The notes below the pieces were generated by a model. That model was not told the origin of the DNA, searched no databases, and was given only the letters and a program-made list of their open reading frames with translations. From Eledone cirrhosa (lineage: Eukaryota): a stretch of DNA of 64,000 nt. Below are positions 1-11,724 of the stretch, one piece after another. The stretch lies in NCBI GenBank assembly GCA_964016885.1, contig OZ024743.1:95356001-95420000 (forward strand). Reading direction: 5' to 3'. The translations under genes and the position numbers were made by a program. Position 1 is the first letter of the stretch; every line of letters begins with the position of its first letter.

Positions 1-1200
1 ATTGTAAAGTGGTCGTGTGGGCGTCACATCAAAAACCAGCCAGCCTTCATTGTAAAGTGGTCGTGTAGGCGTCACGTCAAAAACGAGCCAGCCTTCACTG
101 TAAAGTGGTCGTGTGGGCGTCACGTCAAAATCCAGCCAGCCTTCATTGTAAAGTGGTCGTGTAGGTGTCACGTCAAAAACCAGCCAGCCTTCATTGTAAA
201 GTGGTCGTGTAGGCGTCACGTCAAAAACGAGCCAGCCTTCATTGTAAAGTGGTCGTGTGGGCGTCACGTCAAAAGCCAGCCAGCCTTCATTGTAAAGTGG
301 TCGTGTGGGCGTCACGCCAAAAACTAGCCAGCCTTCATTGTAAAGTGGTCGTGTAGGCGTCACGTCAAAAACCAGCCAGCCATCATTGTAAAATGGTCGT
401 GTGGGCGTCACGTCAAAAACCAGCCAGCCTTCATTGTAAAGTGGTCGTGTGGGCGTCACGTCAAAAACCAGCCAGCCTTCATTGTAAAGTGGTCGTGTGG
501 GCGTCACGTCAAAAACGAGCCAGCCTTCACTGTAGAGTGGTCGTGTAGGCGTCACGTCAAAAACCAGCCAGCCTTCATTGTAAAGTGGTCGTGTAGGCGT
601 CACGTCAAAAACGAGCCAGCCTTCATTGTAAAGTGGTCGTGTGGGCGCCACGTCAAAAACCAGCCAGCCTTCATTGTAAAGTGGTCGTGTGGGCGTCACG
701 TCAAAAGCCAGCCAGCCTTCATTGTAAAGTGGTCGTGTGGGCGTCACGTCAAAAACTAGCCAGCCTTCATTGTAAAGTGGTCGTGTAGGCGTCACGTCAA
801 AAACCAGCCAGCCTTCATTGTAAAGTGGTCGTGTGGGCGTCACGTCAAAAACGAGCCAGCCTTCACTGTAGAGTGGTCGTGTAGGCGTCACGTCAAAAAC
901 GAGCCAGCCTTCATTGTAAAGTGGTCGTGTGGGCGCCACGTCAAAAACCAGCCAGCCTTCATTGTAAAGTGGTCGTGTGGGCGTCACGTCAAAAGCCAGC
1001 CAGCCTTCATTGTAAAGTGGTCGTGTGGGCGTCACGTCAAAAACTAGCCAGCCTTCATTGTAAAGTGGTCGTGTGGGCGTCACGTCAAAAACCAGCCAGC
1101 CTTCATTGTAAAGTGGTCGTGTGGGCGTCACGTCAAAAACCAGCCAGCCTTCATTGTTAAGTGGTCGTGTGGGCGTCACGTCAAAAACCACCCGCCATAC
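1..1200. repeat. 48-bp minisatellite (~25 copies; continues past window start)
   Basis: Unit ATTGTAAAGTGGTCGTGTGGGCGTCACGTCAAAAACCAGCCAGCCTTC recurs in phase at 1, 241, 481, 721 and 961 (5x48 spacing); no unique spacers. Confidence 0.97.
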
Positions 1201-1366
1201 ACTGTAAATGTGGTTGACGTTAGGAAAGGCATACCGTAGAATTCAGGCCAAAATCAGTTGTGTGAGCGAAACGTGGTCCTCGGACCTGATCTCTCACAAG
1301 GAGACAGCCTGTCTCACCCATGCTAGCGTGGAAAATGGATGTTAACGATGATGATGATGATAATGA
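1170..1366 (+). mobile_element. 3' part of a SINE/retroposon with (GAT)n tail; host of the 48-bp array
   Basis: The last array unit grades into ...GTGGTTGACGTTAGGAAAGGCAT...CCCATGCTAGCGTGGAAAATGGATGTTAACGATGATGATGATG, a retroposon 3' end I recall from octopus repeats. Confidence 0.65.
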
Positions 1367-1429
1367 TAGTTCTTATGAAGATTTAGTATGTCATAGACTG
1401 TGACAATACTCGCACTTTATATTACAGGT

Positions 1430-1600
1430 TCAGTTCATCCGACGGGCTTCCAAGCAGTTCCCGTCTATCCAATTTTATTCGAAAAGCATGGGTCGACTCA
1501 AGGCTATGGTAATTGACATAGCGCCAAGATGCAACGCAGTGGGATTAAACCCGAGGTCTAATTATTGTAAAAGGAACTTGTTAAACATTTGGCTACGCTG
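1430..1600 (-). mobile_element. Old tRNA-derived SINE (family A); diverged relatives near 10470, 31530, 36330, 37715, 60765, 63185
   Basis: Reverse complement gives a tRNA-like head (...GGGTTTAATCCCACTGCGTTGCATCTTGGCGC...) followed by ...ATAGCCTTGAGTCGACC...GGATAGACGGGAACTG...GAAGCCCGTCG. Confidence 0.6.
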
Positions 1601-1974
1601 CATCCGTATTACATCTGTTATCGTATCACGGCAGATTTTATAAGATTTCCTGTCGTAAACGTTGCAATAGATACAGCTATAACTATATCAAGCAGATAAA
1701 ATATTTCGCTAGATTGTCTTTGCGACGGTTTACCAGAAAGAAACGAAGCCGTCAATTATTTAAATCAAAAAGGGTGAAAAGAAAAAAATAAATTGCAAAA
1801 GCCGGAAGGCAAAAACCACACATATCTATACCTCCACCACCAACACCACCAAGACCACCAACACTACCAAACGCAACACCATCAAATCACACCTACAAAA
1901 TCAAACCCACATCAGTATATACAACCGATGGATACAAACATCACATATTACACATCAATAAACACTAACAACAG

Positions 1975-2147
1975 AAAACTACAAGACAGGACACCACTAC
2001 AATTAGAGAAAAAGCCTACATCGCCCTCCCACCAAAACTACATACAGGACACCACTACAATTAGAGAAAAAGCCTACATCGCCCTCCCACCAAAACTACA
2101 TACAGGACACCACTACAATTAGAGAAAAAGACTACATCGCCCTCCAC
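1975..2147. repeat. 58-bp tandem repeat (~3 copies), possibly in an ORF1 remnant of the adjacent LINE
   Basis: CAGGACACCACTACAATTAGAGAAAAAG... starts at 1987, 2045 and 2103. Confidence 0.85.
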
Positions 2148-2362
2148 CTAGACACAAAGATACAAATCATACATATCTCACAAAACACATTAAAAATCCT
2201 CCTTCATTCAATTGGAGACTTCTGAAGGCAGTTCTCCAAATGAACCAAACCAACATTTCGGTGCAGGAACCCAAACTAACTGGAGGGACGGATCAACTGT
2301 CCTTCCTCCAAAACAATCTAAGGTAAGTGACCCTTCCTACGTTTTCATCCTTTTCATCGCAC

Positions 2363-3500
2363 ATGGCCTCACTCAAGACAGGCTGTAAATGCACATAGCC
2401 TAGGGTCATCTTGAAAGCAGAGCCACATGCTCAATGATCCCAGGTCACTGAACATAGATGTTTGCCTCATCAGTGAAATCAGAGTTTCCGATGCATGAAC
2501 TATCACACCCGTTTCGGCGGATATGGAAGTGGAAATCCGTCCGGGATTTGAAAGTGGAATTCCTGTGTTTTTGTCGGAAAATCATGGATCTTGCAATAAG
2601 GACCATCTCGGTGGACAGAGAATGTAAGTCAGTGGATCTGGACGTGACCAGCAGAGAAGAGCACGCTTTCAGACTGGTCACCGTCTTTGCTCCGACTGTT
2701 GCAGGATGAACTGATTTCTTCAGGCGCTTGAATACCTTTCTAGGAATGTCCTACTTTTTAGTGTGAGACTAGCAGATAGGAAAGAAGGGTGTAAAAGCCT
2801 CGCTTCCAGCTGTCTGACAGATACTGCCTGGATTTTCCGAATATGCCAAGGTGGACATGAATTAACCACATCGGATCATCCAGATTACATCTGGATAGGG
2901 TATTCTGTAGGGAAATAGACAATGACAGCATAGGTTATCCAAAATTATGATCTGTGTGGTAGATCAAGTTCGGCTCTCGACACGCAAAGCTACTGAGACT
3001 GGATTAGTGAATTAATTAAGCGGGCGTTGACGGAGGCAATCGTCAACAACAAACGGGGGTTTGCCCTGAAAAATACAATTAAAATAGAATCAATAAGGTT
3101 AGGGTGAATGATTACCTTTCCGAACTATTCAACATCATGAGTTTGGTCCGCCTAGGATGTGCCCTCTCAACTCTTTTTTAAGTATTGATAGTTGAACCAT
3201 TACTAAACATTGGAGACGTTAAGGGGCGTCCGACGCGAATTAGAATGTGGCAGATCCCAACATTTGCTGGCGAAGTCACCGTAGTGGTGACGAACACTAA
3301 ACACATTATGGTAACAGGAGCAAATATTAACCAGGAAAAATCCGCTGGGCTTGCAGCTCGTCACCTGGAGAGGCAGATCCATGCCGTCCAATAGCATCGT
3401 CGGGTGTTGGATAGACGGACCGGTTAAATTGGTAGGAGTCTGGTTTGGTCCAGTTCTCCAAATGGACAAAAAAATGAGACGAAGTGACGAACAGGATGGC
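2363..3500 (+). pseudogene. Decayed, internally deleted Tx1/L1-clade LINE ORF2 (AP endonuclease + RT remnants)
   Basis: Frameshifted pieces MASLKTGC..., NIDVCLISEIR, DLDVT...FRLVTVFAP (APE), VRLGCALSTL (QGCPLSP-like), FAGEVTVVV (YADD-like), TGANINQEKS, WRGRSMP...GPVKLVGVWFGP; homologous to 53160-53300. Confidence 0.85.
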
Positions 3501-3508
3501 TCCTCTCA

Positions 3509-3730
3509 CGGTGGTGGATTGACAGTATCGATAGAGCGTCGGACAACATGCTTCGTGGAATAGAGTTACGGCCCTTTACGTTATGATTTCAAATCCTTCC
3601 GAGGTTAGCTTTGCCTTTCATTCTTACGGAGTCGATAAAATAAAGCACCAGTAAGTCACCGGGGTTGATATAATCGACTTTCCCGCCTCCCCAAATTGCT
3701 GGTCTTGTGCCTATAGTAGAAATTATTATT
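3509..3730 (+). mobile_element. tRNA-derived SINE family B (MetaSINE-like central domain)
   Basis: Head GGTGGATTGACAGTATCG, B-box-like TTCAAATCC, core TTTGCCTTTCATTCTTACGGAGTCGATAAAATAAAGCACCAG, (ATT)n tail. Confidence 0.85.
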
Positions 3731-3899
3731 ATTATTATTATCGTTGTTGTTGTGGTGTTGGTTCATCTACTTTGGTTGTGGATACACTCCACACGACGTT
3801 TAATATACCCACCGTCTCTTTAATATAGCATTTACCATTTTGCTTGTTCCAGCCCTCGACTTGAAACAATGCTGAGACACCACATTATATCATTAATTT

Positions 3900-4058
3900 A
3901 GAGGGTCGGACATGCTTTCCAACATAATTACGTCCCTTTACGGTCTGAGTTCAAATCCCGCCGAGGTTAACTTTGCCTTTCATCCTTACGGGGTCGATAA
4001 AATAAAGTACCAGTAATATCACTGGGTAATTGCTGGCCTTGTGTCAATAGTAGAAACA
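3900..4058 (+). mobile_element. SINE family B, 5'-truncated, 16-bp TSD
   Basis: Core motif present; ATTATATCATTAATTT at 3884-3899 and 4059-4074. Confidence 0.9.
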
Positions 4059-5277
4059 ATTATATCATTAATTTGAAATGATCGTGAATCCAAAACTCTT
4101 TATATGTGCCCATTATTTTTTCTATACAACGTTTGGTAGCACACTTAACCTTCTAAATATATGGCTGGAAATATAATAGCTTTTAGGGCTTCTATTTACA
4201 CATGACTTTCACCCATTCTTTCACATCCTCTATTCTTCTCTATTTAAGTGTTTCTTTCTTCTCATTGTTTATCTTCTCGGCAGAGCTATGTTGACTTTGC
4301 TCGTGGTTCTTAGCAGTATTTTCGCATCACTAAGGTTGTAATGGAATATATTCTTCTGCTTGCATTTGAGGAATCTGAAACTATTGTTTTTGGTTTTTCA
4401 GAACAATTTAAATTTGTCCTTTATTACGTGCTCAGATTATCCACTTCAGTTGGTAGGAGTTCAATAAGTTAAACTCTATCTGCTTTGTCCCCATATATAT
4501 ATATTCTGTCTCAATACACTCTACTAACCCCTTTTATGCATATTGGGACCAATATTTAACTGTACTTCGATATATGTGTAGCAATCAGATACCATTAAAA
4601 GCTATGTCACTAAAGATGATCTCGACAGAATAAAGCTTCAAGTGAATATAGATTGTGTTTTATGACAATACCCTTTCTTGCTTTCCATTCAAGAAATATT
4701 TCATGAAATAAGATATTCTCACTTGAAATGTCATCTTCATATTCTTGCTTAAAGTTAAATTCTTTCTTTGCTTTACGATGTCTTAACTGCAGTATAATGA
4801 AATCTAGGAAAACAATTGATAAATGATATTTCCAGGAATATGTCATAAGCAAGTGCCAATTGCTAGTCTTCTACCAGACAACAGTTCTGATAATAAATAT
4901 TCGCAGCTGAGTGTAGCAACGTTAAATATTACTTATGAATGAACAGCAGACGCCCACTTGTTACAAACTTCTACATACAAAAACCATTCATGGTGATTAC
5001 ACATATAACATTGCCAAGGATGCATTGGAAAAACTTCGGGACCAAAATATACAGCAACCATGATCGTTTGATACAGAGATCAAGTAAGACTCACATTGTA
5101 ATGTTGCTTATATAACTGTTGCTAAAAACAAACGCAAACTCTTCTAACCCTTCTAACCCACACTTTTCCCAAACCCACCTCATATATCGTTGCTCCTGTC
5201 TTAACAATCATTATTATTAATATATGCATAACTTTATACAACCAGAAAATAATCTTTAATGCTAAAGAATAATTATT

Positions 5278-5479
5278 GGTTTCTTATTTCGATAGGAGGC
5301 CAACAATTTTTTGGGGGGAGGAAAGTCGACTAAATCGACCCCAGTGCATTACAGGTACTTTATTTTATCGACCACGTAAGGATGAAAGGCAAAGCTAACC
5401 TCGGCAAGGGTTTGAACTCAGATCGTAAAGGTCGTCGGACAACATGCCATAAAGCATGACGCCCCAACGACACTGCCCT
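5278..5479 (-). mobile_element. SINE family B, 19-bp TSD
   Basis: Reverse core; ATGCTAAAGAATAATTATT at 5259-5277 and 5480-5498. Confidence 0.9.
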
Positions 5480-5929
5480 ATGCTAAAGAATAATTATTAA
5501 ATACAAATATAAATAGTTTTAATGAGATAAAATAACCAAGAATGCAGCAAAGAGAAACCGTGAAAATAAGCAACAACTAGCGTTAGATATAGGTGAGGGT
5601 TGGTGCTGATTGGGTTAATAGTGACAATGGGTCATCAAGTAATCCATAACATTTAAGGAAATTACAAAAATATATCATTGAAGAAATATCTATCGATACT
5701 GAAGAAAACTCTACCATATTAAGGTGAAACAATGTTTAAAATGAAAGTGTCCGGAACTGCCCATACAGTCCGTCTTCAGTGGCCCATGTCAACTACTATT
5801 GACAATAATAAACGGTGATGATAACGCCTATGCTTTTTTGCAAAACGTCAAATGTAATAGAAAATTTCGAAGTAATGTTGCATAGCAATATGATAAAAAG
5901 TAGAATATATCAAACTCAGGTTAATAATT

Positions 5930-6622
5930 AGTAAAAATAAGAATACAATGTACATAGGTGAGACAGCCCGTAGCATAGAAGAACGATTAAATGAACACTG
6001 GCGAGAATCCAAGATAGAAAAGACTCATCAATACTCCACCAACATGCTAAAATAGAACATAAGGGCAAATTAGAGAACATAGAAATAAAAATAGAATCTA
6101 CACACAGAAAAGACGCAATGTTTAGACAAATCACAGAGGCAATAAACATAAATGAATTACAACCAAAATTAAATAGAAAACATGAATGGAATAGCAACAT
6201 CACAACTTACAATTAAGGACAAAATGAAAATACACACACACATAGAACAAACAACCAACTGGTAACATGTAAATAAACAAATAAATAAACAAATAAAAAC
6301 ACACAAGGACACCCAGATGTAACGCATGCGCAAACTAAGCAAACAACACACACAAAAACAAGATGGCGTAGGACAGAACAAAGGAGAGGCACAAAGCAAA
6401 GAAAAGAATCCCCAGTCACTGAAGAGGTCACAGAATGTGTGACGAAAGAACTTTGACAATATATGAACAACCATCCGGTGGTGGAACTAACCAACCAACC
6501 AACCGGAAATTTATAAAATTTATATTTATAAAATTTATAAAATTTATAATAGATTGAGGTGAAAGCAGATGTGTGCGTGTGTTTCTTATTAGCAACATGC
6601 CCCTACCAAAGTGTAACAATAT
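5930..6622 (+). mobile_element. 3' fragment of a Penelope-like element (GIY-YIG C-terminus + 3' UTR/pLTR); same family as 28745-31500
   Basis: YIGETARSIEERLNEH...HQHAKIEH...RQITEAININELQPKLNRKHEWN (frameshifted); DNA closely matches the reverse complement of about 28750-29420. Confidence 0.9.
6415..6457 (+). ncRNA. Minimal type-I hammerhead ribozyme motif
   Basis: GTCA-CTGAAGA-G-GTCAC(AGAATGT)GTGAC-GAAA-GAAC-TT-TGAC; stem I GTCA/TGAC. Confidence 0.7.
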
Positions 6623-6930
6623 CAGTTTCAACACACGTTTTCAGATAAAGAAACCTGCTAAACAAATTCAGAAACGAGATTTCCATTTAATTGACTCATT
6701 AAACGCGACCGTATTTATGTACAAATTGGGTTATGTTCGGTGAGTGAGATGATAAATACAGAACCTGAAAACAATTAAATAATTAACTTGTTAAAAACTC
6801 CGACGATTTAGAACATTTCCTCGCTCCTTCATTAATTACACATATATCTCATCAGTTGACACACAGAGGCAGCTGTGTGCTTTATGGAGTACACATCGCA
6901 ATGACATAGTTCGGTACTATGGACGAATAT

Positions 6931-7093
6931 GATAGGGACCCCAGTCTTATCTCATTTCTACAGCTGAGTAAACTGGACCAACGTGAAATAAAGTGTCTTG
7001 CTCAAGGAAACAACATATCACCCGGTCCGAAAATTGAACTCACAACCTTTCGATCGCAAGCCCATTGCTCTAACCACTAAGCCATGCGCCTTC
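6931..7093 (-). mobile_element. tRNA-derived SINE family C (V-domain-like TCCTTGAGCAAGACACTT), 15-bp TSD
   Basis: Reverse head GAAGGCGCATGGCTTAGTGGTTAGAGC...GAGTTCAATT; ACTATGGACGAATAT at 6916-6930 and 7094-7108. Confidence 0.9.
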
Positions 7094-7194
7094 ACTATGG
7101 ACGAATATCCTCTAACATGGTTGACAAATTCATTTTGAGTAAAATTTGGAGAATCGGCACAGTACATGGAAGAAATATATTAGTTTAAATCTTG

Positions 7195-7640
7195 AAATAG
7201 CAGGAAGAGAGTCTTAGGGTTTCGGACACTAGTCCTTCATCCGAAGAAAGAGTTAGAAATAGAAGATAAATAGAAAGTAAAGAGTGATGAGAGGAAGGAA
7301 TGAGGAAGAAATGAGAAGAAAAATATTAGGGAGAAATAAAACCAACACGTGCGTATACAGTCGACCATCTTGGCGAGTGGAAGGCGGAATGGAGCTGGCG
7401 GAAGAGGGATTTGAGTTTGAGCATGATGGAGGGCTGGGTGTGGTACGATGGTGTAGAGGTGACAGGAGGAGAGTAGCGATGCGGTGGAGCAAACGACCTA
7501 AAGGGGGGAAAAGAAGAGGCGAAAGCACACGGGTGGAGTGTAGAGTAAGAGGGAGAAGAAACGTAAGGGGGTAGTGGGTTTAGAGAGAAATAGACTGGTG
7601 AGATGGAGAAGATGGAAGTAAGAAAAGAATAATGGAGGAA
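7195..7640 (-). mobile_element. PLE-type 3' end with mutated hammerhead (about 7210-7248); relatives at 45365-45450 (+) and 63745-63820 (-)
   Basis: Reverse: TCTT-CGGATGA-AGGA(CTAGTG)TCC-GAAACCCTA-AGACTCTCTTCCTG, matching the two other copies. Confidence 0.6.
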
Positions 7641-7736
7641 AAGTGATAGTTTGTCGTGGGTATTAGTGTAATGCAGTATATATAGTGAAATAAAATACCA
7701 AGGACGATTGGTTACTCCTTCATTACATTTATTGGT

Positions 7737-7823
7737 AGGTGACGCGCGTTTCGCCACTGATCAGCTCAATGTTCGATCTATATCGATCTAACCCGACTCT
7801 GTAATCCGCGGCTCGTCAGATCC
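7737..7823 (-). ncRNA. Minimal hammerhead ribozyme motif with long stem II
   Basis: Reverse: CTGACGA-GCC...GGC-GAAA-CGCGCG-TC-ACCT; palindromic stem III, GUC cleavage triplet. Confidence 0.75.
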
Positions 7824-7884
7824 CTTACAATGGTAATGGAAAAATCCGGGTAAACCTACAGTAACTCCAAGTTACACTCCCTGG

Positions 7885-7937
<53 letters not shown>

Positions 7938-8051
7938 AACGAGTAGGACCCCGACGGCTGAGCTCAAGACATTTCGACGGCTAATTCTGCCTAAGTATTG
8001 AGTACTTTGGTGCGTTATGGTCCATCTGGTTCCTTGCTACATTTCCTTCGT

Positions 8052-8089
<38 letters not shown>

Positions 8090-8125
8090 AATATACACGG
8101 GTGTGTATGATTGTGTATAGAAGAT

Positions 8126-8556
8126 TATATTAATAAAAGGAATTCCAACTTTGTCTGATTTACTCGTTTTATTTACAATCCTTTAAAATGTATAATGGTA
8201 TTAGAATGAAATAGTATAATTAAATGTTAAGTGTTAATTGAACAAGTACTTTCATGCTTTCGCAATCTTCAGGTTCACATTGTGTGGTGACAGTCAAGTT
8301 TGCAATTTTCAACTATTGAAAACAGTTGAAAATTGCAAACTTGACTGTCAATTTTGCAAACTGTCAATTTTGCAAACTTGACTGTCACCACTGAATATGA
8401 ACCTGAAGATTGCGAAAGCATGAAAGTACTTGTTCAATTAACACTTAACATTTAATATTCTACCATACTATTTCATTCTAATACCATTATACATTTTAAA
8501 GGATTGTAAATAAAACGAGTAAATCAGACAAAGTTGGAATTTCTTTTATTAATATA
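8126..8556. repeat. ~430-bp foldback with mirrored hammerheads (8239-8277 minus, 8398-8436 plus)
   Basis: Arms of about 180 bp are near-perfect reverse complements; TGAAC-CTGAAGA-T-TGC(GAAA)GCA-T-GAAA-GTAC-TT-GTTCA. Confidence 0.9.
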
Positions 8557-8836
8557 TATATATATATATATGGGACAGAATAAACTAAAAATGAAAAATG
8601 AAGATACGTGTATGATGGAGATATGCATCAAAATATGAACAATGAATGTACAGTGTAAATATTTACACCAAATAGAAAGATAAAAAGGGATCTGACGTTT
8701 TGGATTAAATCCGTTATGAAAGTAGAGTGAAAAAGGATAAATAATAAGAGAGAAGACGAAATTTAGGAACGATGCCAAGTTGCAAATCTAGTGGTTTGAA
8801 AGCTTATATCATATGAAATGGACATATATATACATA

Positions 8837-8915
<79 letters not shown>

Positions 8916-9586
8916 AATGTGGGTGGAGAACCGCTACATTCGAACAGAAATGTTTTGAGGTATTCATATATAATTGCTTTACCTCCCCTAAAGCTAATGC
9001 TAGCTTTGCATTTTGTTACATACGGAAGCTAAACTTGACATAATCGATTAAAAAGTAAAAGTTTGAATTCGCAACCGCGGCCAGGTGCAGTCCAATGTCT
9101 GAAACTAATAAAAAAAAAAGAGATAATAAAAGTGGCAGAGCTTTAATTTGTAGTAAATCTCGCTTATCTTTATTGTGAAGTGATCCACTATATATTAATT
9201 TGATATCTCAATAATTTACCATCTTCTGGATAATTACACATAACATTATTAACATTGGAACTCCATCACACATAAATATGCTTGTCTGTTTCTTTATGAA
9301 CACTTGCAGCGTGATTAACTAATTTATTTCAACAAAATGTTCAAGGATAATCGCATTTGATATGCTTAATTCTGATTCTTCGTCAACTTAAGAACCACAA
9401 ATAAAGAATGCAATTGATACGTCATTCTTGTCCATTTGTTAAATGTGTTTTAACTGATTAAGGCACATTTATGAATGCACACGATCTCATAAATATTTTT
9501 TCTAACAACTGAATATCATGTCATTAACTCCACAGAAAAGACACCATAATGCTATATTGCCATAGCTGGTCGATTTTCTACAGAAA

Positions 9587-9745
9587 GGGGGTGAATTGGC
9601 AGAGCCGTTCTATCAGATGCAGTGCTATGCGGTATTCATTCTGCCTCTCTACTTTCTGATATCAAACCTCGCCGACGTCAACTTTGCCTTTCCCCTTTTC
9701 AAGGTCGATAGAAAAAAAGTATCAGTCCAGTACTGGGGTCGATTC
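9587..9745 (+). mobile_element. Diverged SINE family B variant
   Basis: GGTGAATTGGCAGAGCCGTT...GCCGACGTCAACTTTGCCTTTCCCCTTTTCAAGGTCGATA. Confidence 0.7.
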
Positions 9746-10221
9746 TTCGTCTATATCTCTTTATCCTTCTCTCATTCCTTCTCTCATTCCTTCTCTCATT
9801 CCTTCTATGTAAGAAATAGCCAGTGTTTAGACTCGGATAAAAAATGGGATATGTCAGGTTTAAAACACCTCTTGTGGTGTTTGTTAAGCCCCAAGTTACA
9901 GAGACCCCAAATACGGTGGACTATTAATAGGCTCGTATGAAATATATAATCAACGATGCTATTATCCCCAAAGTTCTCTATAATATAGAAATAAATGAGC
10001 CTCATTAAATCAATGATCAAAAGTTTGTGTTTTCTATTTATTTAAAAGAATATTCACTTTCTTTTTATTTTACTACTTCCAACAATATCAAAGTTGATGG
10101 AATCATTATAAAATCGCAAAAAGCAAAAGTAAAACAAATAAAAGAAAAATGTAATCGTCCTGTCATCCACCATAGCCTAGACCCTATACTTTGTCAATTA
10201 AATTTTGTAGATTAAATCTAA

Positions 10222-10430
10222 TTGGAAGCCCGTAGGAGTGATTGTACCTTTAGTTCATGGAGTCAGTCTTGTCACACTGTGTGTTACACTGAATCTCCTT
10301 GAAAATTACATTATGAGTACATGAGTCTCTGGAATACTCAGCCACTAACATGTTAATTTCCTGAGCAGTCTGTTTCCTTGATCGAACAACTGGACCACTC
10401 ATCGTAGAAACCAACCGAAATCCATTCTAT
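10222..10430 (+). mobile_element. Old interspersed repeat (SINE-like); related copy at about 41380-41570
   Basis: Shared motifs GGAAGCC...GAGTCAG...GGAATACTC...TTTCnTGAGCAG-CTGT between the two loci. Confidence 0.5.
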
Positions 10431-10874
10431 TCAGCAGCAAGTAATAACTGAATAGATCATTTCTGGTTGTTATTATGAGGTTATACGTCCGATCCCGCTC
10501 AACAGCATCTTGGACAAGTGTAGATGATATTTAGTAGACAACGTATTTACATTCTATATTTATTATATATGTAATGTCTCTTCTGGGACTGAACAAAGAC
10601 TGAACTGCTCTCCAATGACGAGGCCACTGAGAAGTTAAGAACATCAGTTCAGAAAACAGTACTAATGAGATCTAGTAACATAGATTGTAGCAATGCTAGT
10701 CCATATACCTAGTATAAAGGATTCTAGGGTTGTTTAGACCATTCTCACATAGCCGTTATTAGAGTTCGACATTTTTTGTTAAATTTGAAGATCTTTATCC
10801 GTGTTTTCCAGGATGAACCTAATTCTTGTTTAAAAAAATTATGCTTTTTTAATATTCTCCAAAGCATCAATAAT

Positions 10875-11067
10875 AATTGTTTCTGCTTTTGGCACAAGGC
10901 CAGCAATTATCCCAGTCTATTACTGGTACTTTATTTTATCGAGCCCGTAAGGATGAAAGGCTAAGTTAACCTCGACGGGATTTGAACTCAGACCATAAAG
11001 GGCGGTAACTCTATGCTACAAAGCATGACGTCCGACCCTCTACCAATACTGCCAATCCACCGCCCTT
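10875..11067 (-). mobile_element. SINE family B, full length
   Basis: Reverse of GGGCGGTGGATTGGCAGTATTGGTAGAGGGTCGGACG...GAGTTCAAATCCCG...core...GCCTTGTGCCAAAAGCAGAAACAATT. Confidence 0.92.
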
Positions 11068-11724
11068 GACATGGATATTTCTAGTGGAAATCACAACATA
11101 TATTATAAACACTTCGCAAGAAAAGGATTTTGATATTCTTCTCATTTTGATTGTACTTAAACTGTATTGTTTACAATAATATAACACACTGTGACCAGAA
11201 TAAAGAGGATCGAATGCTCAAACAAAGTCGAACAAATCAACTTAAAACTAAACCATCGCATTACAGATAACATTAACAAAATACCTGCCACTCTAGGGCT
11301 TCTGAGAAATGTTGTGGAGCTTAACAGAGTCACGTTAAACATCAGGTTCATAATGAACATAGCATGCGATGTCTCTTGGTAAACTTATTCCTAATAAAGA
11401 CGACCTCTTACTAATGTTGAAATGGAACCTTCAGGTAACAGTGAATCAAATGATAATACCTAAAAATGTTACACATACTACATAGCTGTGTATATAACCA
11501 AACCTGACTATAAAAGGAATATACAGGTAGTACAACTAAACTGAAATACATAAATAAATATACACAGATTCATAATTGAAATGTCTCTGAAACAGAACTA
11601 CAAATAATAGTCACAGAAAACAAAGCAAAAGAACTTATTACAAAAAAAAAAGAAAAAATTCCAACAAACTAATGAAAATACTACAAAAGAAGGAATTATA
11701 CATAGAAAATTATGTATGGAAGGA

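Noticed and set aside
1-1200. CRISPR-like array or repetitive protein ORF (921-1160)
   Set aside because: Units are contiguous with no unique spacers, there are no cas genes, the context is eukaryotic, and many units carry in-frame TAG.
4140-4900. piggyBac-like transposase remnant or host exon (ORF 4610-4852)
   Set aside because: Only vague cues (TTAACC-like ends, ELLPTEVDNL); no catalytic motif, paired TIRs or splice support.
5697-5790. Additional hammerhead candidates here and near 16345 and 28545
   Set aside because: Core mismatches or missing stem I; too degenerate to call.
6931-7095. Functional tRNA genes at SINE heads
   Set aside because: The A/B boxes continue into SINE bodies with tails and TSDs; no complete cloverleaf.
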